Below, one piece after another: positions 25,246 to 37,540 of a stretch of DNA of 64,000 bases (positions within the stretch are counted from its first letter, which is position 1; each line of letters starts with the position of its first letter). This DNA is from Malacoraja senta (lineage: Eukaryota), in the NCBI GenBank assembly GCA_038087875.1, contig CM075990.1, positions 17,920,001 to 17,984,000 of the forward strand. The letters are read 5' to 3'. The notes beneath the pieces were generated by a model that was not told the origin of the DNA, searched no databases, and saw only the letters and a list, made by a program, of their open reading frames with translations. A program made the translations under genes and the position numbers.

Positions 25246-26725
25246 CCATATAACCATATAACCATTACAGCACGGAAACAGGCCATCTCGGCCCTTCAAG
25301 TCCGTGCCGAACACTTTAAAAAAAAAATCAATTTTTTCTTTATTTATTTATTTATTTATTTATTTATTTTTTATTTTTTATTTGTATTACTTCCCCCTAG
25401 TCCCATCTACCTGCACTCAGACCATAACCCTCAATTCCTTTCCCGTCCATATACCCATCCAATCTATTTTTAAAGGATAAAATCGAACCTGCCTCCATCA
25501 CTTCCACTGGAAGCTCATTCCACACAGCTACCACTCTCTGAGTAAAGAAGTTCCCCCTAATGTTCCCCCTAAATTTCTGTCCCTTTATTCTCAAGTCATG
25601 TCCCCTTGTTTGAATCTTCCCTACTCTCAATGGGAAAAGCTTATCCACGTCAACTCTGTCTAACCCGCTCATAATTTTAAAGACCTCTATCAAGTCCCCT
25701 CTTAACCTTCTGCGCTCCAAAGAATAAAGACCTAACTTGTTCAACCTTTCTCTGTAACTTAGTTGCTGAAACCCAGGCAACATTCTAGTAAATCTCCTCT
25801 GTACTCTCTCTATTTTGTTGACATCCTTCCTATAATTAGGCGACCAAAATTGTACTCCATACTCCAGAATTGGCCTCACCAATGCCTTGTACAATTTTAA
25901 CATTACATCCCAACTTCTATATTCAATGCTCTGATTTATAAAGGCCAGCACACCAAAAGCTTTCTTTACCACCCTATCTACATGAGATTCCACCTTCAGG
26001 GAACTATGCACAGTTATTCCTAGATACCTCTGTTCAACTGCATTCCTCAATTCGCTACCATTTACCATGTACTTCCTATTTTGATTTGTCCTGCCGAGAT
26101 GTAGCACCTCACATTTATCAGCATTAAACTCCATCTGCCATCTTTCAGCCCACTCTTCCAAATGGCCTAAATCTCTCTGTAGACTTTGAAAATCTACTTC
26201 ATTATCCACAACACCACCTATCTTAGTATCATCTGCATACTTACTAATCCAATTTTCCACACCATCATCCAGATCATTGATGTACATGACCAACAACAGT
26301 GGACCCAACACAGACCCCTGAGGTACCCCACTAGTCACCGGCCTCCAACCTGACAAACAGCCATCCACCATTACTCTCTGGCATCTCCCATTCAGCCACT
26401 GTTGAATCCATCTTGCTACTCCACCATTAATACCCAACAATTGAATCTTCTTAACCAACCTTCCATGAGGAACCTTGTCAAAGACCTTACTGAAGTCCAT
26501 ATAGACAATATCCACTGCTTTACCCTCATCAATTTCCCTAGTAACCTCTTCGAAAAATTCAAGAAGATTAGTCAAACATGACCTTCCAGGCACAAATCCA
26601 TGTTGACTGTTCCTAATCAGACCCTGCTTATCCAGATGCTTATATATATTATCTCTAAGTATCCTTTCCATTAATTTGCCCACCACTGACGTCAAACTAA
26701 CAGGTCTATAATTGCTAGGTTTACT
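25246..26725 (-). mobile_element. young 5'-truncated CR1 LINE, near-identical to 4785-6184 (ORF 25397-26695)
   Basis: Open 432-aa ORF differing from 4880-6178 at 14 residues by my count; inserted into an older CR1 3' fragment. Confidence 0.95.
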
Positions 26726-26914
26726 CTGGGTAAAAGTGTGAATTTACCTTATCTATTCCTCTCATGATCTTAGACACCTCTACAAGACTAAGGAAGACAC
26801 AAAATGTTGGAGTAACTCGGCGGGACGGGCAGCATCTCTGAAGAGAAGGAATGGGTGACGTTTCGGGTCGAGACCCTTGTTCAGAACTGATCTCGACCCA
26901 AAACGTCACCCATT

Positions 26915-27196
26915 CGCAGGACCATTCATCGCCCGGCATGGGCTTCAATATCGGGAACCTTGATCGCCTTGACGCAGCGGTTAGACTGCCTGACCGCAGG
27001 AGAAGAAGCAAGGAAGAGATAAGACATTTTTTACCTTTCATCGCAGTGAGGAGGTGCCTGGAGGAGAGTCACTGTGCTGGATGTTTATGTTAAATTTATG
27101 CAATTGTGTGTTTTGTTTGCTTTTTATTGTTATGACTGTATGGTAATGACATTTTGATCAAATTTGTTTTGAATGACAAATAAATTCAATTCAATT
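26915..27196 (+). mobile_element. GC-rich non-autonomous retroposon 3' part (copy B)
   Basis: Shared stem-loop at 27037-27081; tail TGACAAATAAA(TTCAA)n. Confidence 0.5.
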
Positions 27197-27229
27197 GTAC
27201 AACTGCAGCATGACCTCTCAACTTATATA

Positions 27230-27665
27230 CAAATGGATTTACGAAGGGGAAATCGTGCTTGACTAATCCTCTGGACTTTTTTGAGGATGTAACTAGGAAA
27301 ATGGACAAGGAGAGCCAGTGGATGTGGTGTACCTGGACTTTCAGAAAGCATTTGATAAGATCCCACATAGGAGATTAGTGGGCACAATTAGGGCACATGG
27401 TATTGGGGGTAGTGCTGACATGGATAGAAAATTGGCAGACAGGAAACAAAGGGTAGGGATTAACGGGTCTCTTTCAGAATGGCAGGCAGTAACTAGTGGG
27501 GTACAGCAAGGCTTGGTGCTGGGACATTTATAATAGCTATATATAATATATATTAATGATTTAGATGAAGGGATTACAAGTAACATTAGCAAATTTGTAT
27601 TTACACAAAGCTGGGTGGCAGTGTGAACTGTAAGGAGGATGCTATGAGAATGCAGGGTGACTTGA
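27230..27665 (+). mobile_element. CR1 RT fragment
   Basis: DVVYLDFQKAFDKIPH and VTSGVQQGLVLG motifs. Confidence 0.9.
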
Positions 27666-29039
27666 AATAACCTCTACATATCCACTCTATCCAGACTTTT
27701 CATTATATGGTAGCTTTGAATGAGGTCCCCCCTCATTCTTCTAAACACGAGCACTTACAAGCCCAGTGACATTAAACGCTCATCATACGTTAACCCAATC
27801 AACCCCGGGATCAACCTCCTCTGGACCCATCCTCAGATATGGGGCCAAAAACTGCTCAAAATACCCAAATGTGGTCTGACAAGTGCCTCATAAAGCCTCA
27901 GCATTATATCCCCAATTTTATACTCTAGTCCTCTTGAAATAAATGCTAACATTGCATTTGGCTTCTTTACTATCGATTCAACTTGCAAATTAATCTTTTA
28001 GGAATCTTGCACCAGCACTCCCAAGTCCCTTTGTACCTCCAAATTCTGAATCCTCTCCGCATTTAGAAAATAGTTTACACCTTCATTCCAACTACCAAAA
28101 TGCACGACTCCACAATTTGCTACACTCTATTCCATCTGCCACTTTAGTCCACTCTCCCAATCTGTAATTTCTTTATAACTCATTATCACTTCTCCGGCAT
28201 CATTTCCAGCAGTTCAATGTCCACTCTTGCCTCTCTCTCTTACTCATTATATATATAAAGGAACTTTTGCTATCATCTTTTTTTTATTATGGCTAGCTTA
28301 CCTTCAGATTTCATCTTTTCCCCCTTATTGCATTTTTAATTAATCTCTGTTGATTTTTAAAAGCTTCTCGATCCTCTAGCTTCCCACTAATCCTTGCGAC
28401 ATTATGTGCCTTCCCTTTTAGTTTTATGCTGTCTTTGACTTCCCTCATCAGCCACGGTTGCCTCATTCTCCTTTTAGAATCATTCTTCCTGTTCGGGCTA
28501 AAAATATCCTACCTCTTCCAAAGTATTCCCAGAAACCCCTGCCATTGCTGCTCCACATTCATTCCTACTAAGATCCCTTTCCAATCAACTTTAGCCAGCT
28601 CCGCCCTCATCACCTTTACTCAACATTCATACCTACACATCAATTTCATCTTCTCCTTTTCAAACGGCAGATTGAATTTTATCATATTATGGTCTCTACC
28701 TCCTTGGGGTTCATTTACCTTAAGCTCCCTAATAACATCTCGTTCGTTATTCAATACCAAATCCAGAATTGCCTTTTCCCCAGTAGGTTAGAATACAAGC
28801 TGCTCTAAGAAGCGTTCTCGTTGGCACTCTATAAATTCCTTCTCGCACTAACAAACATGCCTGCTGGGGTATTGGTTCCCCTCCAGTTAAGGTGCAACTC
28901 ATCTATCTGCCTCAGAAGAAATCCCAATTGTCCAGAAATCTAAATTCCTGCCCCCTTCTCAAACTCATCAGCCACACATTCATCTCCCCCTACCTTCCTG
29001 TTCCTACCCTCACTTGTACATTGCACTGGAAACGATCCA

Positions 29040-32000
29040 AGTCAAGTTCAAGTGAGTTTATTGTCATGTGTTCCTGATAGAACAATGAAATTCTTGCTTT
29101 GCTTCAGCACAACAGAACATAGTAGGCATTGACTACAAAACAGATCAGTGTGTTCATATACCATTCTATAAGTATATACACACATGAATAAATAAACTGA
29201 TAAAGTGCAAATAACAGTTAATGGGCTATTAAAGTTCAGAGTTTTGTCCGAGCTGATACTTAATCCGAACTTAATAGCCTGATGGCTGTGGGGAAGTAGC
29301 TATTCCTGAACCTGGTCGTTGCAGTCTTCAGGCTCCTGTACCTTCTACCTGAAGGTAGTATGGAGATGGCGGACGTTCAGGAGTGGGCGCCGTTTTTACG
29401 GGCGCCTGCCTGCAGTCCGTCCTCTAACCCTTTTTATTTTCTATAACTTGTATTTGGAGGTCTATTCTTTCTATGTGGGGGGGTGGGTGGGGGGGAAACT
29501 GTTTTAACCCCAGTTCTACCTGGTCGGAGATGCGGTTTTCCTCCAAATCGCATCTTCGCTCTCCCCATGCGGCCTTCTATCGGGCTGGAGCGGCGTTTCC
29601 TGCCGGGACCACAGCTTCGGCGGCACAGCGCTGGGACACCAACAAGGAGCGGGCGTTGCCTTGCCGGGTCGCCGCTCCGGAGTGCTGTGACCGCCGACCA
29701 CCAACATCGAGGAGCTGCGGTCTGCGGGCGGGCGGCGCTGGGTGGAAAACACCGCGGAGTCAGAGTCGGAGCTCCAACCGGCGCGGCCTGAAGACTACGG
29801 GCGTCGCAGTCTCCGGGGAGGGAGCAGCCGCTCCAGACACTTCCAAGCTGCTGAGGACTTTCCACCCGATGCCGGTGTTCCAGCTTCCCAGCAGGTGGGC
29901 GTACAACATCGGGGTGCCGTTGCGGCGACTGACTGCGGAGGCCTCAAACTGGCCCCGACCTCGGGTGGACTAGGAGGAGGACTGGACATTTTGGTGCCTT
30001 TCACTAACAGTGGAGAGTGTCGACTCTGCTGTGGGGGGATGTTTGTGTTGAATTTCTTATCGTGTGTTGTGTCTTTTTTTCTACCTCTTTTTTTTTCATT
30101 TATATGGATAATTTTCTCCGTAAATCACTTTGGCTTCTTTGATTGAAATTGATCGAAAATGCAATATAAATAAATTTACTTTACTTTACTTATGAGTGTG
30201 TGGCCAGGATGGTGTGGGTCCTTGATGATACTGCCAGCCTTTTTGAGGCAGCGACTGCGATAGATCCCCTCGATGGAAGGGAGGTCAGAGCCGATGATGG
30301 ACTGGGCAGTGTTTACTACTTTTTGTAGTCTTTTTCTCTCCAGGGCGCTCAAGTTGCCGAACCAAGCCACGATGCAACCGGTCAGCATGCTCTCTACTGT
30401 GCACCTGTAGAAGTTAGAGAGAGTCCTCCTTGACAAACCGACTTTCCGTAATCTTCTCAGGAAGTAGAGGCGCTGATGTGCTTTCTTAATAATGGCATCA
30501 GTGTTCTCGGACCAGGAAAGATCTTCAGAGATGTGCACGGCCAGGAATTTGAAGCTCTTGACCCTTTCAACCATCGACCCATTTATATAAACGGGACTGT
30601 GGGTCCCCATCCTACTCCTTCCAAAGTCCACAATCAGTTCCTTGGTTTTGCTGGTGTTGAGGGCCAGGTTATTGTGCTGGACAGTTGCTCGATCTCTCTT
30701 CTATACTCTGACTCATCCCCATCAGTGATACATCCCACAATAGTGGTGTCGTCAGCAAACTTGATGATGGAGTTCGCACTATGACCGGCTACGCAGTCAT
30801 GAGTATAGAGTACAGCAGGGGGCTGAGCACGCAGCCTTAAGGTGCTCCCGTGCTGCTTGTTATCGAGTCTGACACATTTCCACCGATACGAACAGACTGT
30901 GGTCTGAGAGTGAGGAAGTCGAGGATCCAATTGCAGAGGGATGCGCAGAGACCCAGTTCTGCGAGTTTGGTAACCAGCTTGGAGGGGATGATAGTATTAA
31001 ATGCCGAGCTGTAATCGATGAATAACAGCCTGACATATGAGTTTTTGTTGTCCAAGTGGTCCAGAGCGGAGTGGAGGGCTAGCGAGATCGCATCCACCGT
31101 TGATCTGTTGTGGCGGTAAGCGTACTGCAGTGGGTCCAGGTTTTTGTCGAGGTAGGAGTTGATCTGCGCCATGATCAACCTCTCAAAGCACTTCATCACC
31201 ACAGGCGTTAGTGCCACAGGCCAATAGTCATTGAGGCACGTCACCTTACTCTTCTTGGGCACTGGTATAATTGATGCCCTTTTGAAGCAGGTGGGAACCT
31301 CAGACCTCAGAAGTGAGAGGTTGAAAATGTCTGTAAAAACTCCAGCCAGTTGTTCCGCACAGGTTTTTGGAACACGACCAGGTATACCATCAGGTCCAGG
31401 CACTTTTCGAGGGTTCACCCCTCTGAAGGATTTCCTGACGTCGGCCTCTGTGACTGAGACTGAAATACCATCACAGCGAATGGGGGCTCGGGAAGGCACA
31501 TCGGTGGTCTCCCTATCAAAGCGTGCGTAAAACGCATTAAGCTCATCAGGGAGTGATGTTTCGCCGACATTCGAGCTGCCTCCTGATTTCGCCTTATAAG
31601 AGGTGATTGCATTCAGGCCCTGCCACAGCCGCCGAACATCTGTCTCTTCCTCCAGTTTGGAGCAGGTCCCTTTTGATGGCCTTACCAAGGTCGTATCTGG
31701 ACTTCTTGTTGACCACTGTATCATGCCCGGTGTCTGGTCTTCAGGAGAGAGCGGATCTCAAAGTTCATCCAAGGTTTCTGATTGGGAAACACTCGGAAGG
31801 TTTTTGTAGGGATGCAGTCCGCCACACATTTCTTAATGAAATCTGTAACGACTGTGGCATATTCGTTCAAGTCCGTTGCCGAGTCCTTGAACATTGCCCA
31901 GTCTACAGACTCCAAACAGTCCTGTAGTTGTTCCTCTGCCTCCCCCGACCAGCTCTGTACTGTCCTCACCTCTGGGGGTGCGCTCTTTAATTGCTGCCTG

Positions 32001-32422
32001 TAGGCAGGAAGAAGCAGCACCGCGGTATGGTCGGATATACCGAAGTGAGGGCGAGTGATAGAGCGATAGGCATTCTTGATGGTGGTGTAGCAGTGGTCGA
32101 GGGTGTTTGGTCCTCTGGTGCAGCAGGAGACATGTTGGTGAAAGTTAGGGAGTGATTTCTTTAGGTTTGCCTTATTGAAGTCCCCAGCAATGGTGGTAAA
32201 TGCCTCGGGGTGAGACGTCTGGTGTTTGTTGACCACGGTGTGCAGCTCCTCCAGTGCCAGACGGACGTCTGCCTGGGGTGGGATGTACACCGCGGTCAGG
32301 ATGATGGAGATGAATTCCCTCGGAAGGTAGAAGGGACTGCACTTCACCGCCAGGTGTTCGAGGTGTGGAGAGCAGGAGTTGGACAGGACTGTCACGTCTG
32401 AGCACCATGCAGAGTTGACCAT
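29040..32422 (-). mobile_element. Rex1/Babar-type LINE (APE endonuclease + RT), 5'-truncated, lightly frameshifted
   Basis: AVKCSPFYLPREF..AVYIPP, AGDFN, SDH (APE); PVALT..MKCFERL, DYSSAFNTI, KFADD (RT); tail TGACAATAAA..(CTTGA)n; GATCCA duplicated at 29034-29039 and 32423-32428. Confidence 0.9.
29365..30190 (+). mobile_element. GC-rich non-autonomous retroposon, apparently full length (copy C), nested in the Rex element
   Basis: Begins AGATGGCGG; stem-loop at 30000-30039; ends AATAAA(TTTAC)n; the Rex sequence resumes on both sides. Confidence 0.7.
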
Positions 32423-33012
32423 GATCCAGAGATTACTACACTGGAGGTTCTGCTTTACAGCTTTTTTCCTAGCTCCCTATACTCATATTGCAGAACTTCC
32501 TTCCTTTTCCAACTTATGTCATTTGTGCCAACATGCAACATCCAAGACGTCCTGGACCCTGGCACCAGGAAGGACGCACACCATCCTGGAGTCTCAATTG
32601 CTGCCACATAATCTATCTGCACCGCCATCTAAAAGGTCACCTACCACTATGGCTGTGCTTGATATTACCTTTCCCTGCTGAGCATCAGTGCCAGCCTCGG
32701 TGCTCCAGCCCTGCCTGGTACCGCTGCTCAACCTTGATAGGTCACCCCTTCCCGGCAGTATTCAAAAGAGTGTACCCGCTTTCAAGGGGGATGGTCACCT
32801 GCACTCTATGTCTATTTCCCTTCTTCGTGGCTACCCACCTTCTCTCTTCCTGGACCTTGGGCATTGTAACCCTGCTATACATCTTGTCTAAGAAGCTCTC
32901 ATTCTCCTGGATTGTCCTGAGGAAATCCAGTTGCACTTCCATTTCCCTAATGTGGTCTGAAAGGAGCTGCACCTGGACACAATACCCACAGGTGTAGCCA
33001 TCAGGGACACCA

Positions 33013-33142
33013 GTCTGAAGAAGGGTTCAGTCCTGAAACGTCACCGATTCCTTCCCTCCAGAGATGCTGTCTGTCCTGGTGAGTTACTCCAGCATTTTGT
33101 ATCTATCTTTGGTTTAAACAAGCATCTGCATTTCCTTCCTAT
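33013..33142 (+). mobile_element. Penelope pseudo-LTR fragment with hammerhead-like motif
   Basis: CTGAAGA-AGGG-TTCAGT-CCT-GAAAC-GTC at 33015-33042; flanking ACACCAG duplication. Confidence 0.7.
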
Positions 33143-33574
33143 ACACCAGCAGTTTCTCAGACTTCCCACATGCTGCAGGAGGAGCAATAGACCAACTTAT
33201 CTGCCATCACCACTGCAACTGAACCAAGAAGGAGAGAAATTAAAAAAAACTCACACACAAGAGCAGAGCAGACTGTACCTATCTGCCTCTGATAGCCTCC
33301 TGGCCTCGGCTTCATCGCCACAAGCTCTTGAGCCAGAGACTCACACTTGACCTCCACACAGCACTTGTCCTCAACACAGCCTCTCTCCCCGCCACTGTGG
33401 CAAATGTACTCTTATGTTTGCTAAATGTCTGCACCTGGAGCTCCATTCTTTCTCCCAGAATATTCTTTCAATGGGAACCTGGCTCCCTGTGTGCCAAAGA
33501 TAGGCAAGACAGGTGAGGGTGGGGTTATGGAGCACTGCAAGGCCTTTCCTGAGGCATGGCAGACTGCAGCATTT

Positions 33575-33830
33575 ACTTTAGTTTAGTTGAGAGATACAGC
33601 GTGGAAACAGGCTTTTCGACCCACCAGTGATCATCCGTACACTAGTCTATCCTACACACTAGGAACAACTTACAAAAGCCAATGAACCTACATATCTGCA
33701 CTTATTTGGAATGTGGGAGAAAACTCTCACGGTCACAGGGATGACATACAAATTCCATACAGACAGCACCTATAGTCAGGATTGAACCCAGGTCTCTGGT
33801 GGTGTAAGGCAGCGACCCTACCACTGCACC
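33575..33830 (-). mobile_element. tRNA-derived SINE (V-SINE/HE1-like)
   Basis: Minus strand has A-box-like gtggtgcagtggtag, B-box ggttcaatcc, central gtatggaatttgtatg and a ctaaactaaag tail; homologous to 39492-39780. Confidence 0.8.
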
Positions 33831-34370
33831 ACCCAGTGATACAAACTGCTTTGACAGTTGTGAAACCCAGCCTCAGACAGGCAAATCTGTCATTTAGATT
33901 AATTGTTAATGAAGATCTTTGTCATGCACAATTTTCAAAATGGTAATGTGAACATCTTTCAGTCATTTATTAAACTAATCAAAACAATAAAACGTTTTCT
34001 TTTCCTTTCACTGAGTGGCAGACTTATATTGATTTTGATTGGCTCACTTTCTTTGTGCCAGCAAACCAGAGCAGATTCAGCTGACAGATTTGCCAGCTTG
34101 AGATGACTCGAGGCAAGCAGCTGTTTCTGTTCACAAACTGGCAGTTATAGGCATATTATTCAAAAGATCTTTCACAGAAGACTTTGCCCCACCAATTAAG
34201 ACATAACTAATTTGGTTTTCAATTAAATGTATATATAATTTATATATAACCTGATTTAGTGTGTTTCCCGAGTCTACATGAATCTGATGCTGGTGCAATC
34301 AAGATTTTTCTTGTACCTTCACCATTCTGAACATCCATCGGATAATGAACTCGTCTTGTTGTAAACCTAC

Positions 34371-34521
34371 CTCTGCTTCATCAAATGTCAAGAGCAAGTC
34401 TGAAGTTCCAGAAAGAATACCTCTTGAACCATCTATAAGATAATCACGAGCAGGTACAGCATATGGATTGTCTTTCAGCATCTGGGCAGCCTGGATCAAT
34501 TTACTACAGGCATTTTCAACC
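34371..34521 (-). CDS. vcl: vinculin exon 3 (151 nt)
   Basis: cag|G GTT GAA AAT...GCA GAG|gtaggt; [50 protein letters not shown]. Confidence 0.97.
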
Positions 34522-34879
34522 CTGCAAACAGCAAGTTGGGACTTTAAAAAAAATTCAAAACATCTTTATAAATAACAATGAACTACAAATTGCATAAGAC
34601 ACTTAAACATTAAATAAGTAATTCAATCTTCAGGAACCAGAGTTTTGATCAATGATCCCCAGACACATACAAATCCCGCAATGGCAGCTGGGACATTTAA
34701 ATCAAATTAAATGAATAATTTGGGATTAAATATAATCTTCATGAAACTGAGAGATGATCACAAAAAACCATTATTCCTGAAAATTTCAGGAAAGAAAATC
34801 TATTACCTTTACCACTCTGGTTACAAACTGACTCCAGACCCACCAATACAATTTGCCTTAACCACCTCTGCATTTCAAT

Positions 34880-35635
34880 GCTAATTATGGAAATGTATGG
34901 ATGAAGTTAAAGGGAAGGAGAGTGCAGGAGAGGTTACTGAAGTCAGGATAAGGTCAGGTCTAAGGTCAGGCAAAATCGGGACCAATGTAAGAAGAGGGGT
35001 GGTGAATACTGAACTAAATGTGTTATATTTGAATGCATGCAGTATGCGGAACAAAGTAGATGATCTTATAGTACAGTTAGAAATTGATAGGTTTGATATT
35101 GTGGGCATTACGGAGACTTGGCTGAAAAAGGATTGGAGTTGAATATCTATGGTTACACATCCTATCAAAAAGACAAACTGGTGGGCATAGGGGGTGGGAT
35201 AGCTCTGCTGGTAAGGAATCAAATTTACTCCTTAGCAAGGGTTGACATTGGATCAGAAGATGTAGAATCGTAATGCATGGATAGAGTGGATGTGGAGAGG
35301 ATATTTCCACTAGCGGGAGAGTGTAGAACCTGAGGACATTGCCTCAGAATAAAAAGACATACCCTTAGAAAGGAGATGAAGAGGAATTTATTTAGTCCAG
35401 ATGGTGGTAAATCTGTGGTATTCATTGCTGCAGACAGCTGTGGAGGCCGTCATTGGGTAATTTTATGCCGATCTTTTTATGAGATCGACAGGTTCTTGAT
35501 TGGTAAGGGTGTCATAGGTTATGGGGAGAAGACATGAGAATGGGGTTGAGAAAAGATAGATCAGCCATGAATGAATGGTGGAGTAGACTCCGCTGATCTG
35601 AATGGCCTAATTCTGCTCCTATGACTTATGACATA
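34880..35635 (+). mobile_element. internally deleted CR1 (ORF2 start joined to the 3' end)
   Basis: LNVLYLNACSMRNKVDDL..GITETWL (APE N-terminus) followed at about 35270 by CR1 3' end sequence. Confidence 0.8.
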
Positions 35636-35659
35636 GGAGCAGAACACTCCCCAGGGCCT

Positions 35660-37540
35660 TGGATCTGACAGTATCCTCGCTTGCTCCTCCATGAAGTCTA
35701 CCAGGTCAGAAAATTTAGCTCGACTTCCACGCTCTTCCTGCATCTGACATGCCCAATCCCTCCACAGTCTCTGAGCCTGTAAGGCAGTTTTAGAAGGATA
35801 GTCTTCATCTTGGAAGCAACATTCATTTCCTCCATATAGGTGAAATGTTCCATAGCATTGCAACAACCTTTAAGAAACAGCGAGAACGCTTGCAATGCCT
35901 TCACATCCACTTGCCTGATCAAATGTCAAATTTGTCTCAAGGCAAATGTCGGCAACTGATTCTTTTGGATGCCCTCTAGTGTATTGCTCTAGAAAATGCA
36001 AGCAATCACTCTTATCATTAGTTTTTCTTTCCACTCCTCTCTCGAATGCCGTGATGAAAACTTCATACTGCAAAGGATCAACATCATAAACAGGAGTGTC
36101 TCTTGGTGGCGAAGTAGAAGAGAGATTTTGTTGAGCCAGAAGAGCAGTGATGTCATTTTGCCTCTGCATTAAGCTTCAGATATTATGTTGGTATCCATCA
36201 TTCGGTACAGGGTGGATAGTACCAACATGCCCCTTCTGCCTCCTCTTCATACGAGTCTGTACATGTTGCCTCGGAAGAGAGTGTTGAGTTAGATGGGTCA
36301 TAACATGAGCTCTAACAGGTGGTCCATGAGTTATTTGTTTTGGTCTAACAACCTGTTGCACATGATCAGGCAAGTATTCATCTGCCTGTAGTTTTAATTT
36401 AGCTGATGTTTCCCTTTGAGCAGTTATTTTTCGCACATAAGAGCTCACCCCGTGAGATACTCTAGAGCTGCTTCTTGATCTCTTGGCCTCAAATATACTG
36501 ATCCTGGCATTGGCTACTGCCAGCTCCATCTGTAGTTCCAGCTGTTCCTTCTCTCTTTTCATCTGCTCTTTTTCTCTATTCAACTGTCCTTCTTGTGCCT
36601 CAAGCTTCTGCCTTTTGTCCAAGGCGGCAGCCCGTTCCAAAAGCCTTTTCTGCCTGAGCTTTTAAGCGAGCAGAGGCTGTTAAAGATGCACATGATGAAG
36701 AATGAGATTTGTGGCATGATCTTTGTTTTGAGACTTCTGAAACACTGTCTTCAGGTCCTATTTATTCTGATTCTACAACACTGTTGTATGGCACTTTCAC
36801 CTATGGAGTGTGTAGTTTGCTGTCCAACTTCAGATAACCACCTCTCTACATCTTGTATAAAAACCATTAAAAGATTCCATTCTTTGTTGAAACCACTGAT
36901 TTTGCCTTTCAAGCTCCTTTTCAGGCAGTGGTACTTTCATTAACGACGTGCTTTTCTCTGACTTCATTAGAGCTTGATTAATTGAACCAGATTAGGATGT
37001 ACTACATTCACATTTTCATCTGATTTCATGAGCTCTCTCACCTTTTCAATTAACTTGTTAGCTTGTTTACATATCGAGTTTCTTGACTTCTGACACTTTT
37101 CCATGAACAATTCCCAGCCTTTGTCCGTGTGCTTAATGATTCTTCTTTCCTTTCCACAATCCTGTCCAACATCGCCCTCTTGTGAGTGAGCTTTAGACAT
37201 ACTGGCTCACTATCGCTTTGAGATGCGTTAACATAAAGCCGTATGCGACTTTGAGTCCTGAAAAGCGCTATATAAGTAAAATCTATTATTATTATGCCTG
37301 CGGCTGGTATTTCGAAACAACTGATATCGTTCAGATTCTCAAGGTCACTTCAAAATTCTCAATTTTAGCCACTGGTTTCCAATATACCTTAACATATATA
37401 GCTTCTCCAATAAAGCTTAATGTGCTGTACGTACTCACTCTCTCGCTGTGCGTAGGCTTGAGGTTTTCAAACTTTGTTAGTCAGATTAGCACAGGTGGCG
37501 ACCTTGTCCAGTTGATCGGCAGTGGCGGCGTCAAACTTGT
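35660..37540 (-). mobile_element. BEL/Pao LTR retrotransposon gag remnant
   Basis: Coiled-coil gag leader, then PPRDTPVYDVDPLQYEVFITAFERGVERKT..CLHFLEQYTRG, DVKALQAFSLFLKGCCNAM..ILLKLPYRLRD and AKFSDLVDFMEEQARILSDP, typical of fish BEL gag (DUF1759-like). Frameshifted; no pol. A possible LTR lies beyond 37540. Confidence 0.75.

Larger units (their letters stand above)
27670..33450 (-). mobile_element. decayed, internally deleted CR1 LINE including ORF1 and 5' region, host to nested insertions
   Basis: ORF1 zinc-finger region MADKLVYCSSCSMWEV (33157-33210) and ORF 32742-32972 resemble 48018-48400; ORF2 remnants at 27670-28850; split by the Rex element. Confidence 0.75.

Noticed and set aside
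29434..30146. Overlapping GC-rich ORFs (also 49924-50572 and 22-443) as novel proteins
   Set aside because: Stop-poor frames arise from high GC content, and no frame is conserved between the related copies.
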